Source of the DNA: the human T2T-CHM13v2.0 reference genome, Homo sapiens
Length of the DNA: 64,000 bases
Assembly: GCF_009914755.1 (NCBI RefSeq)
Contig: NC_060934.1
Strand: one strand, 5' to 3'
Shown here: one piece after another, positions 37,900 to 57,377 of the stretch
How the letters are laid out: the number at the start of each line of letters is the position of its first letter
How positions within the stretch are numbered: the first letter of the stretch is position 1
Program-made: the position numbers and the translations under genes
Notes under the pieces: generated by a model
Databases searched by the model: none
What the model was told of the DNA's origin: nothing
Seen by the model: the letters and a program-made list of their open reading frames with translations, nothing else

Positions 37900-38875
37900 T
37901 GGTGGTCATAAAAGAGGCTACCCAAATGGCCCGTAAGCATAGAAAGCACTTCAACCTCCCTAATTATTCAAGAGATGCAAATTAAAGCCACGGTGAGATA
38001 CTACTCCACACCTGTTTTAGTTAGAGTGGCTAACAAGAAAAAGACCACATGTTGGGGAGACTGTGACTCACACCAACTCTCATATCAGAGTAGAAATCCA
38101 TACAATCATCTTGGCAGCATTTACCAGAGCCAAGCATCTGCACACAGAAGGATCCAGGAAGCCCCCGCCTTGGCGTAGACGCATGCACTCAAGGTGCACA
38201 GAAGAATGTTCACTGCGGCACCCCAACGGGTGAGAGCCCCCAAACGGAAAGAATGCAACGTTCCATCAATGTGGAGAAGTCAAGTGTGGTGTTCGTGCAG
38301 TGGAATACTACAGAAGGATGAAGAAGAAACAGCTATTGCAGGAAGGGACACGGTGGAAGAATCTTATGGGGAAAATGCTGAGGGAAGGAAACCAGGCCAA
38401 GTAAAACAGATAGAAAGTTCAAGACCCTGCAGATCGTCTGTATCCGATGTCAAGACATGGGTTCCCTTGAGGTGGTGATGGGAGGGGGCACGGGGGTTTC
38501 TGTAGCGACCTGGTTGATGGGTGGGGGTTGCATAGGCATGCTTTCCTGTGAGGATCGTCGAGCTGTGCATTCTGAATGTATTCTATACTTCTCATTTACC
38601 TGTTTAATTGTGCAAGAGATGGGGTCTCCCTCTGTTGCCCAGGCTGGAGTACAGTGGGCCCATCATCGCTCACTGCAACCTCGAATCCTGGGCTCAAGTG
38701 ATCCACCCACCTCAGCCTCCTAGGTAGCTGGGACCATAGGTGTGCGCCATCATGCCTGGCTAATTTTTAAGTTCTTTGTTGTCCAGGCTGTTCTTGAACT
38801 CCTGGGCTCAAGCAATCCTCCTGCCTTGGCCACCCAAAGCACTGGGATTACAGACTTGCACCACCACACCCGGCC
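37900..38875 (+). mobile_element. L1ME 3' relic followed by antisense AluJ (38600-38875)
   Basis: gagatgcaaattaaagccac.gtgagatac, agaatgttcactgc.gca. Confidence 0.7.
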
Positions 38876-39502
38876 TCCATGTTATATTTCCATAATATGT
38901 TTATTTGAAAAGTGACTTGGGTGCCAGGAGACATGGGCCCTCCCTAGTCCTGGCTGTCTCTAACTTGTGAGTGACTCAAGCTGTCTCCGGTTCCACTTTC
39001 TGGAAGACTAATGGCTTGGATGAGATCGTGGTTTTCAGATCTGTCCTAGCCACAGAACCCTCTCTTCAAACAAGCCCTTACCTGCAATCTGAACATAAAA
39101 TGCTACCTGATGGGACTCACGAGTGAGTTCCGGACAGGACAGGAGACGGCTGTCACTGGGCTCCAGGATGTGGGTGGCAGTGCCTGACTTCCCGCTCCTG
39201 CCTGCTGTGGGAGACGAGCTTCTTGCACTGGGGCCTGATTTCCCAGGCTGGCCTCTCAGATCCTGTGGCTTCAAGTTCTCCTGGTCATGCAGTGTCCTGG
39301 TTCAGCACTGAATTGTTCCCTAATGGTTTCCTGTGTGGCAGATTCCTTAGCTCTACAGTGAACTCTAACAGGGTAGGCTTGACCGGCTTCTGTGGTTTGC
39401 TTGGAGTAGTTAGGATGAAAATTCAGAACCTGCCTGCTGACTGAAATGGGCGTTCATGTCTTAGAATGCTCACCAGATTGCTTTTTCTCTTACACATAGT
39501 AG

Positions 39503-39898
<396 letters not shown>

Positions 39899-40095
39899 TG
39901 AGCTAATTTTGTTTTGTATTTAGTAGAGACGGGGTTTCACCATGTTAGGCTGGTCTCGAACTCCCGACCTCAGGTGATCTATCCGCCTTGGCCTCCCAAA
40001 GTTTGGGATTACAGGTGTGTGCCACCGTGCCTGGCCAGGATGTTTCTGATGCAGGGATAAGGTGGGGAACTTGGGAAATGGTGTACACCACTGAC

Positions 40096-40236
40096 GGCCT
40101 GGGGCACATGGGGTGGACACACTGGGAGTGGATACCTGAGGTGGGCACGTGGGGTGGACACGTGGGTGTGAGTGGTCACCTGAGGTGCACACGTGAGGGT
40201 GGATATCATGAGGGTGGCTGTCAAGAGGGTGGATGC
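40096..40236. repeat. Degenerate G-rich tandem repeat (about 13-14-bp unit)
   Basis: ggggtggacac / gagggtgga units. Confidence 0.65.
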
Positions 40237-41359
40237 TGGTTCAGGGCTGGCATGAAGACCCTAGTCAGGAGGGAGCCAAGGCGTCCAAGGAGGCCCTCAG
40301 GCTGCAAGTGTTGGTTTGGCCCCAGTCTTGGTGATGACAGGACCTTTGGGAATCTGAAGCCCGGTGACCTTGGGCTGTGGGGAGCTGGCGGGCTTTATCT
40401 GCCCAGCGTCTCTGCCCCAGTTTTGGGCCTGTCTGTGATGCTGGGCACCTGCTGATGTGCGCAGCTTCATTCATTCCTCCTCCACTCACCCACCTGACCA
40501 CTGTGTGGGGCGCCCCTGCTGTGGGCCAGGCTGGTTCCAGGGTCCATCAGCAACAGAAACAAAAATGCCCTGTCCTCTTGGGGAGACACAACCAGCAACA
40601 AGAGAACAGCGAAGGAGGCGTAGGACATGCGGCTGATACGGGCTTAGGGGAAACGCAGGCAGGAGAGGGGGCTGCAAGCTCAGGCGGGAGCTTTGGGGCC
40701 AGGAAGGCCTGGCTCAGAGGGGACTCGGGTCAGGGTCACAACAGGGAGGTGAAGCCACTGACCTGGAGCTGCTGGAGAGCTTCTGGGGATGGACAGAGTC
40801 CGCCCCACGGGTCCCTCCTGCCCTCCCTCGGTGCCTGCCCTGGGCCGTGGAGATGACTGGGGAGCAGCTGGGCGTTATTTTCCCCGGGGCCAGGGTGGGC
40901 ATCTCGGCCTCGAGTTGATCTGAAAGGATTTACTGCTGTCAGAGCCACCCCATCGTGTGCAGCACGGACTGGGGGGGATTTGAAGGCAGAGGGCCTGGGG
41001 TGTGTCCAGCCCCACCTGCCCCTCGGCCCCAATCTGCTTCTGGAGAGTGGCCTGGCTGAGCCGGGACGCAGCGCACTGGTCCCTACCTTGGAGGCCTGAC
41101 TCCCTTGAGAAGTGTCCCCAACCCAGTTCCCGTCTCACTACCAGCCACCACCTCCCCAGCACGGGGTCCTGCGCAGGTGATTTCATCTCTGAGGCGGCTT
41201 TCTTATCTCTGGAAGAGCAGTACTATCTCCCTGGTGGAGTCGTTCTAAAAATGAAAGGCAATGTGTTCAAAGTGCCCAACACGTGCCTGCCGTATTCAAT
41301 AAAAGGGAGCTAGTATTCATTTAACAGCTGAGAAGAAAAACAGTGAACACTTCTTGAGC

Positions 41360-41490
41360 TCTGTTTATCTGCCTTGTTTTACTGGAGGAGAAAGTGGGGC
41401 ACAGAGAAATTCAGTTATTGGTCCGAGGTCACACAGCGTGTGAGTCGGGAAGGAAGGGGCAGCTGGAATTTGAACCTGGCAGTCTGGCTT
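41360..41490 (-). mobile_element. MIR
   Basis: gaaagtggggcacagaga...gaggtcacacagc...ggaatttgaacc. Confidence 0.75.
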
Positions 41491-42275
41491 CCCTCTGGGG
41501 AAGAGCAGTGGATGAGGGCGAAGCCGACAAGAGCCCAAACTCATCTGCGCTGCGCTGCTTTTGAGCCACACAAATCCAAATAAGGGATCATCCAAATCCT
41601 TTATTTTCTCTCGAAGTTTTGTGATCATTAATCAGTTAACAGCTTGTTCCCTTCTGTGCTGGACAACCCCCAGCTGCAAGGGGCAGGAATGGAGCATGGG
41701 GGAGGCTGTAAAATAGATCACTCAGGCGTTTCCCTAGCGAGCCCCCCGGGAATGAACAGAAGGGTTTCTCTCCTATGGTGGGATGTTGCTGTCCATGGGG
41801 GTCGTCGAAGGACGGGTGTGGAGGCCCAGGAGGACTGCAGGCAAGAGGGGAGAAAAGGAAGAACCCGTCTCCCCTCAACTGGATCATCATGGGCTGTGTT
41901 GCACTGGTAAACCAAGGTGCCAAGGCTGCGGCAGCTCAGATGGGAAGGGGACCCTGTTTTCTGAGCAGCCAGACGCCAGGATTATAGGACATTCTGCCAG
42001 GCACAGAAACCACGAGAGCCCACCTTCCCCAAAGGCTGCTGGCTCCAAAGTGGGGAGGGAGTGGTTGTTCCCAGGTGATAAGTGATGAGAAGACCGTTGA
42101 GCCCCCAGAGTGACACCCAAGCATGTAACTAACTCGAGACCAGGAGCATCCACTGACAAACGCCCGGTGAGGTCGATCCTGGTGGCAGGATCCAGGTGCT
42201 AGTCGGGTCCTGAGTCGAGTTGCTGGACTCGCAGCATTTAACCATTCAAAATAACCAGCTTTAAAAATGTGTGTG

Positions 42276-42985
42276 GGCCAGGCTCGGTGGCGCTCGCCTG
42301 TAATCCCAGCACTTTGGGAGGCCAAGGCAAGAGGATTGCTTGAGCCCAGGAGTTTGTGAGCAGCTGGGCAACATAGTGAGACCCTGTCTCTAAAAGAAAA
42401 AAAAAATGCTGTAATTGACATTCTTTTTAATGGATGGATGGATGGATGGAGGAATGAATGAATGATTGCTTTGCAAGACAGCATGAACCTCAGGTTCCAG
42501 AGTCAGGCTTAAAGCAATCAGATTGAGGGGGACCATGTAATATTTTTTCCTAACATTAACAACAGGCTTATTGTACAAAGGACAGGAAAATATGAAGAAA
42601 GAAATCATTCATAATTACATAGCAGAATAGCCATTGTTAACATTTCAATTTTCTTCAAGTTTTTTCTTTTCTTTCCTTTGGTTTTGTTGCTGTTTTGTTT
42701 TGTTTTTTGACAGAGTCTCCCACTTTGCCCAAGCTGGAGTACAGTGGCTCAGCCGTGGCTCACTGCAGCCTCAAACTCCTGGGCTCAAACAATCCTCTTG
42801 TGTCAGCCTCCTGAGTAGCTGAAACTACAGGTGTGCTTCACCACACCTGGCTAATCTTTAAATTTTTTGTAGAGATGGGGTCTTGCTATGTTGTCCAGGC
42901 TGGTCTCAAACCCCTGGCCTCAAGCAGTCCTCTCACCTCACCTTCCAAAGTGCTGAGATTACAGGTGCAAGCCACCGTGCCCTAG
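42276..42985. mobile_element. Alu monomer (42276-42406 +) and AluJ (42660-42985 -)
   Basis: Alu consensus. Confidence 0.88.
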
Positions 42986-43179
42986 GTTATTTTAATATAG
43001 TTTGTCACCAATGTATGCAATTCTGTGTTCTGAGTGCTTTACTTTTAATGACCCAAACTAAGATGTTCTACTCTGTGTATTAGTTCTCTGGCAAGTAGCA
43101 GAATTGTGGTATGTGTTCCTAAAACTAAGATGTATCCTGATCACGTGACAGAGGCTGATACCTCTTTAAAAGATAAAGT

Positions 43180-44310
43180 TTGGAAGTGAAACAGAGACTA
43201 GAACAGATATTTGTCACACCCATGTTCTATTTTATTTTCATTTGTAATTATTTTAGAGACAGAGTCTGGCTCTGTCGCTCAGGCTGGAGTGCAGTGGTGC
43301 AGTCATAGTACACTGTAACCTCAAACTCCTGGGCTCAAGCTATCCCCCCACCTCAGCCTCCCAAGCAGCCAGTACTGTAGGTGTGTGCCATCACACCTGA
43401 CTAGTATTTCCAAAAAAATGTTTTGTAGAGATAAAGTCTTGCTGTGTTGGCTCTGCTGGTCTCAAACTCCTGGCCTCGAGTGATCCTCTAGTCTCAGCCT
43501 CAGTAGCTGGGATTATAGTCATGAGCCTCTGCACGCAGCCCACGCCCATGTTTATATCATTATTCACAGTAACAAAGAGGTGGGAGCAACCCAAGTTCCA
43601 TGGAGGGATGAACAGATAAGCAAAATATGGCCCATCCACACAGTGGAATATTATGCAGCCTTAAACAAGAAGGAAATGCTGACATATGCTACAACATACA
43701 TCAGCCCTGAAGACAATGTTCTGAGTGAAATAAGCGAGACATAAAAAGACAAATACTGGCTGGGTGCAGTGGCTCACGCCTGTAATCCCAACACTTTGGG
43801 AGGCTGAGGCGGGAGGATTGGTTCAGTCCAGGAGTTCAAGACCAGCCTGGGAAACATAGCGAGGCCTCACTGCAGGGTGTGGTGGGACACATCTGTGGGC
43901 CTAGTTACTCAGGAGGCTAGGGTGGGAGAATCACTTGAGCCCAGGTGCTCAAGGCTGCAGTGAGCCAAGATTGTGCCACTGCACTCCAGCCTGGGCGATA
44001 GAGTAAGACTCCGTTTAAAAAAAAAAAAAAAAAAAAAGACAAATACTGCATGATTCCACTCATATGAGATCTCTAGAAGAATCACACTCACAGAGACAAA
44101 GTAGAATGGAGGTGGCCAGGGGCTGGGGAGGGAGAATGGGGAGCTGGTGTTTAAATGGGGACACAGTTTCCATTGGAGAAGATGGAAAAATTCTGGAGCT
44201 GGATGGTAGCGATGGCTGCATAACACTGTGATTGTGCTTACTGCCCTGAACTGTGTGCCTAAAGATGGGGAAAATGGACAATTTTATGTATGTTTTGCTA
44301 CAATAAAACA
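43180..44310 (+). mobile_element. L1MB 3' end with nested Alus (43230-43540 -, 43758-44037 +)
   Basis: gacaaatactg duplicated around the sense Alu; L1MB end aaaattctggagctggatggt...acaataaaa. Confidence 0.85.
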
Positions 44311-45724
44311 AAAAGCAAAAGATAAGAGTTGGAGCTGAGGTCCCTGGCTTCTGGCCTCCTCAGTCTTGGCGGATTCTTCCTCCCTGTCTCCCCAAGTTTT
44401 CTCTCTAATCCCTCACCTGGCTTTTCTGGGCAAAGGCCAGCCCGCTTCTCACCACCCCCTTCTCTCTTGCATATGCATCCCCCCAACATTCACACAGAAG
44501 CACGCACACACACACCCCTTGAGGTCTAGACTGGGGGTCTGGGTGCAGGAGGGTCTGAGCTGGGAGACCTCCCCACTGCAGCAGCAGTGTCACAAACAAG
44601 TTGTCCTGCACCTAAGACTAATCTGGAGTGGAGGCTGGGAAGGAAGCGGTCCTGGTGCTGCCGGCAGCCTTTCCATCCTAGGGCCGAGCTGGCTGGGGAG
44701 AATGAGGGGCCTTTGAAGTCCCAGGCCGATCCCTTCGCCAGACCTCCCAGGCCAGGTCTCCACGCCAGCACTGTGTTTCATCACAAGTGCAAAGCTTCCA
44801 GCAGAGCAGTAGGTCCCGAGCGGGAGTGCCGGGATGTGGCCTCGAGGCCCCCGCCTGTCATTGTCTCCCAGCCTCAGGCCCTGTTCCCCTTCTAGGCTTG
44901 TGCCACACCAGGCTAAGAATCAGAGCCTGGGTGTGGGGGCAGGGGGAGCTGGAGGAGCGGGCAGGACTGCCCAGTGCTTTCCTGGCTTAGCTGGGCGAAA
45001 TCCAAATGCAGTGAAGTTCGCCTTGCAGTCCAGTGTCCATGGCCAGGGCAGGAGGGCAGAGGGCTGAGCCTCTGCCAGACAGAGCAGTGCCCTTCCCAGC
45101 CCCCCAGGGTCTTCACTTGCTTCACAGAGGGTCAGCTGGAAGGACTATGGGGCCCCACAGACCCACCTGTCGCCACAGGTTGAGAACATGGATGGGGCGG
45201 TGCCCAGCACGGTCCCTGGCTCCAGGACACAGTGCACAGCCACAGCCCATACACACCCCAGCCCCAAACCTAGGAGACTTGGTCCTTCTGTGTCACACCT
45301 CTGTTCTCCCTGGAGTTGCAGGGGATTTTCTCTGGAAACTACCTAGTAGTTTAGGGTCCTAAGAATTTATCCAGTCTTCTTTCAGAAGATCACCCAGTTC
45401 TTCATTCTCAAAAACAAAGCACAAAGACTTTGAACAGCTGCGGAATGGCTTGTCATAAGCCACACAGGAGAAAAGTCCGCAGGCCCAGCACCACGCCAAC
45501 TTTGGGGTTGGCTTATTCTAGAATCTAGACTATTTTTTTGCTCACAAATTATCTCTAAAACACCTCCAGCTCCACTAGGATTCTGTTTACTAACTGCTTC
45601 CTGTGCACCTGTCTCATTTCCTCAACAAGGAATAGAATGCTTGCAGTCAGGTGCCCCAGCCCCACCAGCCTGAAGCTGGGCTTGTAGCTGGCACCATGGT
45701 AGGTGGCAGTGAAAACTGGAGTCT

Positions 45725-47117
<1,393 letters not shown>

Positions 47118-47850
47118 TTCCTCATGGCTCTTACGTACCACAGGTATTGAAAGCCACTGATCTCCACCATGGTCAGACTTAGCCATCAGCTTCGCACGTT
47201 CACTCTTTTTCTCTCCCCAGATTATTTAACAAGTTAGCCTGGATCTCAATTTATTGAAACCCGACACAAAAACCCTGATTTAAATAACCAGGAGGCCCAG
47301 TTATTTCCATGAGGACACTAGAGGAAGAAGCACTAGGGTGACCACGGCACGCCCCACGAGGGCCTCTGTGGCCTTGAGACACATCACTCTCTGCCCACAA
47401 GGACTCTCAGCTCTTTCTCTGCTCCTCTCCTTTGATCCCTCTGCTGGGGGTGGATTACAGAAAGAACTGCTGGCTTCCTCCGTAATCTCTTTACAAGGCC
47501 CCTTGGGGTGGGCCGTTCCGAGCTGGTTCCACTCATCCGCTTACTCACAGTGGCAGGAGGGTTAGCCACTAAGCTGTTTATCAGTCATTGATAACTTCAC
47601 ATGAGGCTTACATTCTTTTCTGAAAACACATTTTCACAAGGATGGAGAGAACACACCATAGAAACAGGCCACTGCGGGGGCGAGGAGACGGCAGAGGGAC
47701 GCCAGGGTCTCCCATCGGCTCACCTCTGGTCTCGCCCCTCTTCCACCGGGTGCTGCTGGACCTGTGGTCCAGCCAGGGGCTCATCTGGGTCACTACCTGG
47801 CACTCAGGCCCTCACCCAGTTATACCAGATCAGTACTTCCTCCCCGCTCC

Positions 47851-48152
<302 letters not shown>

Positions 48153-49087
48153 CCCTGTCCTCCAGTTTTAAGAACTCGAGCCCCTCTCCCAGTGGTATAA
48201 AGTCTTGCTGATAGGGAAGAGCAGGAACCTTGGTGGCCCAGTAGAACTACTGGTGACCCTGGCTGTCAGAGATAGAGCAAGGCCAGAATAGGAAGGTGAT
48301 TGGTGGTGTTTTCGGTGGTATATGATGGAGAAATGATTAGAAATAAAACTATTTTGTTTTTTATTTTATTATTAATATTCTAATTAGAAAGTTTGTATTA
48401 GCATTTTAATGATATTCATAATATACTTCATAGTTAGGGATGCTTTTGGCTGTAAGTAACTGGATACTGGACCAGCGGTGGCTTAACTCCATGGAACTAA
48501 TCACACGACCACATCCTGTGGCATCCTCAGCAAAGGGGTAGATGGGCCCAGTGATGACTCATTCCTGTGGATGGAATGGAAAATAACTTTTTCTGAAACT
48601 GGGAGTCTCTGTCTCCCTCCATTAGCCAATCAAGGTTCATTCAGCTGAGCAGTGTGGAGTGGTTGCAGGTATACCAGTGAACAGTGCCCCCACATAAAGT
48701 GAAATTCACCTTCACCTTTCTTTTACTATTACTACATGCTATTTAGTTATCAGGGGAAACTGAATTTGTCACAGATCATTTCAAGAATGGCACTGTGTAT
48801 GTGGATTGGAGATTAAATGTATAAACATCATGGTCTTGTCTGGCTGCACAGTGTAGTATCTTTTCTTGCTCTTAAACAATTTCTCATTTTTTGTAGAGAT
48901 GGGGTCTTGCTATGCTGCCCAGGCTGGTCTCAAACTCCTGGTCTCAAGCCATCCTCCCACCTCAGCCTCCCAAAGTGCTGGGATTACAGGTGTGAGCCAC
49001 TGCACCTAGCCTTTATTCGTTCTTTTTATAATAAAAGGCTATGTTTTAGAAGGTGCTTGTTGAAAAAGTATGTTTTAGGAAGAAGAT

Positions 49088-49681
<594 letters not shown>

Positions 49682-50029
49682 TTATATTACGCTGTCTCAT
49701 GTACAGTAAGTGATGAGATGGGAGAAGTTTAGACAACTGCTCTAGGCTGCGTCTCTACAAATTACTCATTTCACGTTGGGCAGGTCTTTCGTTGTCAGCA
49801 AATGGAAAGTCAAATTAAATGTATTTGTCGTTATCTTTCAGCATTGGTGTTTGAAATATTAGTGATGTCTTGATTCATTGTTTATTCAAAATAGAATTTT
49901 TAGCTGCCATGGGTTTAAAAAAGGTAAGAATTTTGCTCAGAAGTGTGCACCTTCCGAAACTGAGGATCATCCTTTTGAGGTGAATGTGCAGAATTATTAG
50001 CATTTATACTTCTCATGAACTTTAACATT

Positions 50030-52950
<2,921 letters not shown>

Positions 52951-52954
52951 TTAA

Positions 52955-53290
<336 letters not shown>

Positions 53291-54155
53291 AACTTCCTGT
53301 CTTTCAACAGTGATCAATTGTGGGTATACATGACATACGAAATAACAAAGATTAAATCTATTTCAAGCTGTCAAGTGGCCGAACACCGAAGGCTGCCACA
53401 GGAAAATTATTTAAAGATACATTTGTTAAAAATACGTTGATTGATTAAGAAGTTAGAAATTGAAACAGAACTATTTCTACTTAGGGTGTGAACCCCATAT
53501 CACACTCTGAATCCCCACCAGCAGGGACCGCTCAAGACCCGTTGCATGCCAAGGGTCTTGACAAAGGAATGTCCCACCCAATCTAGGGCTCCTAGCCCCT
53601 GGACTACCCAACTTGGTCAAATGTATGCCTCACTGTTCCATCAGCGGTTTCACTTAATATAGCAGTTCTAGACTCAGAGACTTTTACACAGAGAACCCCG
53701 AGATCATTCTGAACTTGAGGTGCAGGACAGTGCATTGTGCAAAGTCACAGAGTTGCTGAGAGGTAGAGCTGGGATGGGGGCTCGGGCCCCCCCTAGAATC
53801 ACAGGATCCTTACGTCCAGGGCTAGTCAGAAGCCAGCGAGTTTGAGTCGCAGCTGTTGGGGAAGTCCCTCTGGAATGGTTTCGACAGGTAGGATCTGGCT
53901 GCTGCATTTGCCGTCCCTCTGGCCCACCGCTGTCCACTGTACAGAGAAGGCATCTCTTTCTACCTTCAAATCAGCATCTGGTTTCTGTTCACAGGAGCAA
54001 CGCGATGCACGACAACCCCCGCGCCTTCGTCAGTGGCTCTAACTCCTGTCACAGCCTTGTTCCTTCTCCCTGTCTCGCTCTTTAGCCGTTTCTCGTAGGG
54101 ATGGTGTCCAGGTGGCTCGGACACCCTGGTCGCCGTTCTCTGGGGGTAGATGAGT

Positions 54156-54345
54156 TTATGAAGACCAAATTGGATATGAGCAAAAGCACTCTTGGTAAAA
54201 CTGTATTCAATCAATCCCTAGATGAGTATTTTTTTAACTATCCAGGCCCACCCCAGATGTCTGAATAGATTTCTTCTGATCTTGGCTACTCTGTGATTTG
54301 GCCTTCACTCCTTGATTTACCCAGCAGAGTCAATGACATTCCCCA

Positions 54346-54390
<45 letters not shown>
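54156..54390 (+). repeat. Inverted repeat, left arm (ends in (CA)n at 54348-54390)
   Basis: Aligns by eye to the reverse complement of 54871-55119 at roughly 80-85% identity. Confidence 0.92.
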
Positions 54391-54391
<1 letters not shown>

Positions 54392-54868
54392 CTTTCTGAG
54401 GAGGAGTACACAGAAGGGAACACGATCCAGTCTCAACACTGGCGATGACAGACCGTCCCATTCTCTCATTTGAACCCTACACATTGATCCAGCCCAGCCT
54501 GGAGGTTTCCTAACATCTCGTCAGCAGCTAGCATCGCTGTCCAAAACCTGCCCGTTTTTTTTTTCTTTCTTCTTTTTTTTTTTTTTTTTTGGCTTGATTT
54601 GGCTCTATTTTTAGAATGTTTTCCACTGGGAGAAGGAAGAAATATGAGGGGAACAGAGCAGGGAGAGGTGCCAGCTGTGGCTTGCCAGCCTAGGGTTGCT
54701 CCGTGGCATGTGTTTACACTGCAGTCATGGGCCGGCCTTGCCTGGCCCCTGCGGGTCACCCGGGCATGCTTCCCATACCCAGCAGAACGTGATCTGGGTT
54801 CCAGTTTCTGTTCTCCCTAGTCCTGGGTTAGGAAACTCAGTTGTTTTGACATTGACTCTTCCCCTCAC

Positions 54869-54870
<2 letters not shown>

Positions 54871-54921
<51 letters not shown>

Positions 54922-55119
54922 GGGGGATGTCACTGATCTGCTGGGGAAACCAAGGGGTGAAGACCAAATCATAGAGCAGCCCAGATCAGAGGGAATCTAT
55001 TCAGACATCTGGGGTGGGCTTGCACAGTTACAAAAAGTGCTCATCCAGGGATTGGTTGACCTAATACTTTATAGTTTTTCCAAAAGTGCTTTTGCTCATA
55101 TCCAGTTTGGTCTTCGTAA
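54871..55119 (-). repeat. Inverted repeat, right arm (starts with (GT)25 at 54871-54920)
   Basis: Reverse complement shares the perfect 26-mer gcccaccccagatgtctgaatagatt and tggatatgagcaaaagcact with the left arm. Confidence 0.92.
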
Positions 55120-55276
55120 GGACCTCTTGAGGTAGATGGGGCTGCTGTTCTCATTCTACAGATGATTTTACTGTGAATGGCTGTCTGTCCACCTCAGAGC
55201 CCTGCAGGATTTATGGAAGCTGCTTCCAGCTTCTTATGTGAGCCAGTACTCGCTCCTACTTAGGATTATATATTGA

Positions 55277-55591
55277 GGTTGGACATGGTGGCTTATGCCT
55301 GTAATCCCATCACTTTGAAAGGCAGGAGATTTGCTTGAGGCCAGGAGTTTGAGACCAGCCTGGGCAGCATAATGAGACCCCCTGTCTCTACAAAAACAAA
55401 AGATAGAAATTAGTTGAGTGTGGTGGCATGCGCCCATAATCCCAGATACTCGGGAGGCTGAAGTGGGAGGACAGTTTGAGCCCAGAAACTCTAGGCTGCA
55501 CTAGAGTTTGTGTGATTGCACCACTGCACTGCAGTCTGGGCAACAGAGCCAGACCCTGTCTCAAAAAAACAAAACAAAACAAAACAAAAAA
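55277..55591 (+). mobile_element. AluJ
   Basis: Alu consensus. Confidence 0.9.
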
Positions 55592-55768
55592 GGATTGTGT
55601 ATCCATTAGTTGAATCGCTGCAAAGGTAAACATTCATTCATTCATTAAGCAAGCATAGATTGAACACCTTCTCCATGTCGGACACTGTGGTAGGATCTGG
55701 TGATTCAAAGATGAACAGCTGTCCCTGTTTCTAAGTTGCCTGTAGTCCAGTGATTACTCTCAGGTTTC

Positions 55769-56229
55769 TGTCTCAGGTGTCCGTGTGGAGAGACTGCCAA
55801 ACAGGCTTTGTGTGAGCAACAAGGCTGTTGATTTCACCTGGGTGCAGGCGGGCTGAGTCCAAAAAAGGAGTCAGCAAAGGGTGGTGGGATTATCATTGGT
55901 TCTTATAGGTTTTGGGATAGGCGGTGGAGTTAAGAGCAATGTTTTGGGGGCAGTGGGTGGATCTCAGAAAGTACATTCTCAAGGGTGGGGAGAATTACAA
56001 AGAAACTTCTTAAGGGTGGGGGAGATTGTAAAGAACCTTCTTAAGGGTGGGGGAGATTACAAAGTACATTGATCAGTTAGGTTGGGGCAGAAACAAATCA
56101 CAATGGTGGAATATCATCAGTTAAGTCGATTTTCACTTCTGTGAATCTTCAGTTGCTTCAGGCCATCTGGATGTATATGTGCAGGTCACTGGGGATATGA
56201 TGGCTTAGCTTGGGCTCAGAGGCCTGACA
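55769..56229 (-). mobile_element. HERV-H solo LTR (LTR7B-like)
   Basis: Minus strand starts tgtcaggcctctgagcccaagctaagccatcatatcccc; internal cccacccttaagaag repeats; ends acacggacacctgagaca; TSD GTTTC at 55764-55768 and 56230-56234. Confidence 0.95.
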
Positions 56230-56953
56230 GTTTCTATTAATATTTGTATTTCATTGAGAACAATGGGAACCATTGGTGTCTGCCATTTGGGAAGTGGAAG
56301 AGATGCTTAGACAGATAAGGGAGCAGAGGTCTAGACGAGGTGTAGAGAGGGTCAGAAACCAGGTTGGGGTTCCTAACTCCCAAGCCACGTCCCCAGCCAC
56401 CTACCGCAGTCACTGTCTTGCCCTCCCATTCCTATTGGATAAGCTTTGGAGATAAGACAAGCCTGGTTCATCACGGTTGAGTCTCTAAACCTAGATATGC
56501 AGAGGTTCCCTGGAATTGCTTCTTGAGTCCCTGATTAATTCAGCTCTTGACATCACAAGATGAACTCACTCTTTAGTGAATTGCACAGACTTTTGAAAAC
56601 TATGTTTCCGCTGCGCTAAAGTCTAGGAGCGGGCTCCTTAGCCTGAAGGATTCCTGTTTCAATGGGACGTGACAGCTGCTTTCAAACATTTAAGGGCGAG
56701 CACCTGTTGTTGGAGGGGGATGCAGGCTTAACCCATGTGCAGCAACAGAAAGAGACAAGGGGGCATTTCCAGGAAGATCAACTCAGCTTAGTGTAAGCAA
56801 TGTCTTTCTAGCCAGTAGCGCCATCTGATAATGGAGTAAACAGCTTGGAGCCAAAGAGCCAGAGGTCTAAGCTGAGGATCCCAGGACTCTTCAACAGGGG
56901 TTTGTGGATTCAGTGGGAAGCTGGCCCAAGAGCTTTCAAGGGCCTTGGAGTGA

Positions 56954-57377
<424 letters not shown>

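Noticed and set aside
53966-55135. Two ORFs sharing YSFxKSAFAHIQFGL, suggesting duplicated small proteins
   Set aside because: A by-product of the DNA inverted duplication; an indel breaks the frame and there is no coding signature
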